Below, piece after piece: positions 62,514 through 64,000 of a stretch of 64,000 nt of DNA. How positions within the stretch are numbered: the first letter of the stretch is position 1; each line of letters opens with the position of its first letter. A model generated the notes under the pieces. It was not told the DNA's origin, did not search any database, and worked only from the letters and a program-made list of their open reading frames with translations. The DNA comes from Rhodospirillaceae bacterium (GTDB lineage: Bacteria; Pseudomonadota; Alphaproteobacteria; Rhodospirillales; Casp-alpha2), in NCBI GenBank assembly GCA_018665815.1, contig JABJBP010000007.1, forward strand, positions 857 through 64,856. Reading direction: 5' to 3'. The position numbers were made by a program, and so were the translations under genes.

Positions 62514-64000
62514 TCAGCCTTCGCGAATCACCGTCTGTTCATCGACCGATCCATCCAACGCCCAACCTGACTGCCAACGTTTCCATAACGTCCACCCACC
62601 AAACGCGATAACGATAGTCGCGATAATCGGCCGCGGCACGCCGCCCATCATGTAAAGGGGGTAGGCGGCGGCAAAGCACGCGAGCGGCATATAAAACAAT
62701 GTCCAAATCTTGCGCCCGCGATCAGCTTGGAAAATTGGGAATGCCGCCGAGAAGACCGCAATAATCAAGAAGAACATGGACCAGGGTCGGGTGAAGAATA
62801 ATGTCAGGTCTGGCGAGATCGCCAGAGCGCGGGCCAGATTAAGCTCGGCGATATTGCCCAGCACCACGCCCAAAATCATGGGCGCCAGGGGGAATCCGAA
62901 TTGACGCATGACAAAACCGATGATGCCGAACCACAAGAGGCTCCAGAGATCGAAGGTGACGTTGTTGAGCGCAAATACGCCGATGCCGCAGAACCCTAAG
63001 ATCACACAGGCCAGCATGTACATGCGGATGCGCGTCACCAACACGAACATCCGCAACATGAAGGACTGCAGGATGATCATCATGAACGTCGCGATAAAGA
63101 ACGCCGTGAAGATTGAGTAGACCAGCACCGGCTCTTCGGCGATGAAGGTCGGGCTGGGCACCACGTCGTGGATCAACAGCGCGCCCAACATAACCGCGGC
63201 CGTCACGTCGCCTGGGATCCCAAGCCCGATCAGCGTAATCAGCGCGCCGCCTTCGACGGCGTTGTTGGAGCTTTCCGGCGCCATAATTCCTTCCGACGTC
63301 CCGGTACCAAATTTTTCCGGTGTTTTTGACGCCTTCTTGGCTTGGTCGTAGGCCAGGATGTTGGCCACGGATCCGCCGGCACCGGGCAGAATACCCGTAA
63401 ACACGCCGATGGTTGAGGAACGCAGAATAACGGTCCAGTGCTTGGCGATTTCCTTGAGTGCGCCGATATGGTCGATCTTGGCTTTCACGGTGCCTTGTTC
63501 CTGAAGCGACTTGCGCGCCGTTTTCGGATCGCGGACGTCGCTCAGCAGTTGCGAGAAGGCGAACAGACCAATGAGGACGGCAATGAAATCAAAGCCCGAA
63601 AGCAGCGCCTCCGAGCCGAAATCAAAGCGCGCCATGCCGACGGCCTCATCTTCGCCGACGGTCCGCACCAAAAGGCCCAGCGCACCCGCGATCAGGCCTT
63701 TGACCAAATGCTTGCCGGCCAAACTGGCGGTAATGGTCAGTGCGAACATGACCAGCATGAAGAAATCCCATGGTTGGAACTCCAATCCGACGCGGGCCAA
63801 TTGCGGCGCCAGGGTCATCAGGCAAATGGCGCTGAATATACCGCCGAAAAATGATGACCAGACACCCAGCCCCAGGGCCAACCCGGGGCGCCCACCCCGC
63901 GCCATGGGGAAGCCGTCGAAGGTCGTGGCGACGGACGACGGCGTGCCGGGAATACCGGTCAGAATACCGGCCATCAAACCGCCGGACAGCCCGCCGACCA
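62514..64000 (-). CDS. Tripartite tricarboxylate transporter large permease (TctA family), N-terminus beyond the window
   Basis: The polytopic reading frame stays open upstream of the track Met (63977) to the window edge (…VGGLSGGLMAGILTGIPG). GIPGD and GLGIPG motifs are TctA-like. Confidence 0.85.
   Translation of the reverse strand, partial: VGGLSGGLMAGILTGIPGTPSSVATTFDGFPMARGGRPGLALGLGVWSSFFGGIFSAICLMTLAPQLARVGLEFQPWDFFMLVMFALTITASLAGKHLVKGLIAGALGLLVRTVGEDEAVGMARFDFGSEALLSGFDFIAVLIGLFAFSQLLSDVRDPKTARKSLQEQGTVKAKIDHIGALKEIAKHWTVILRSSTIGVFTGILPGAGGSVANILAYDQAKKASKTPEKFGTGTSEGIMAPESSNNAVEGGALITLIGLGIPGDVTAAVMLGALLIHDVVPSPTFIAEEPVLVYSIFTAFFIATFMMIILQSFMLRMFVLVTRIRMYMLACVILGFCGIGVFALNNVTFDLWSLLWFGIIGFVMRQFGFPLAPMILGVVLGNIAELNLARALAISPDLTLFFTRPWSMFFLIIAVFSAAFPIFQADRGRKIWTLFYMPLACFAAAYPLYMMGGVPRPIIATIVIAFGGWTLWKRWQSGWALDGSVDEQTVIREG

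Noticed and set aside
1-64000. Scan for CRISPR arrays, IS/transposase or integrase genes, tRNA/rRNA genes, prophage or classical defence-system genes
   Set aside because: None was recognised. No regularly spaced direct repeats, no DDE or tyrosine-recombinase-like translations in the ORF track, and no tRNA-like cloverleaf candidates were noticed by eye. A computational scan (tRNAscan, ISfinder, CRISPR finder) would be needed for certainty.

Overview
GC-rich proteobacterial chromosomal window, probably alphaproteobacterial (inference from gene content only). It holds about 60 tightly packed genes with strikingly AT-rich intergenic spacers. I saw no rRNA, tRNA, CRISPR array, transposase or integrase. 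All family assignments come from reading motifs in the supplied translations by eye, with no database search. The dominant theme is organosulfonate and amine catabolism. (1) A recognisable taurine module sits at 1-6756: tpa / tauR / ald / xsc / pta. (2) A sulfopyruvate decarboxylase pair (comDE-like) lies beside a TctA-type permease and an aldehyde dehydrogenase at 59.7-64 kb. (3) An IclR-headed operon at 35.4-40.9 kb encodes an acylating aldehyde dehydrogenase plus an ADP-forming SucCD-like CoA ligase, which could be a sulfoacetate route. (4) There are two TauE/SafE (TSUP) permeases, a TauD-family dioxygenase and metY. Also present are soxBDAG preceded by an MmgE/PrpD-family gene, a D-aminoacylase / acyl-CoA ligase / SDR operon, and a secreted S1 + S8 protease pair next to a membrane protein with a degenerate class III cyclase domain. 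The best candidate for an undescribed system is the co-directional, translationally coupled 13-gene operon at 19.6-30.8 kb. It runs GntR, DUF3604-like, 73-aa protein, AcnX large and small subunits, VOC, then an SDH/FRD-like Fe-S subunit and two membrane anchors, TauE, a TtdA/TtdB-like Fe-S hydro-lyase, and an SDH/FRD-like flavoprotein. The divergent partners at 30.97-33.2 kb are an M29-aminopeptidase-like protein with a Cys/His-rich tail and a second TauE. The flavoprotein carries substitutions at two positions that are normally invariant in the family. Other oddities are a DUF3179-family gene interrupted by one in-frame TAA, a T7 run that splits the 5' end of a large membrane-protein gene across two frames, a strong intrinsic terminator between xsc and pta, and several palindromic or shared AT-rich motifs in regulator-proximal spacers.
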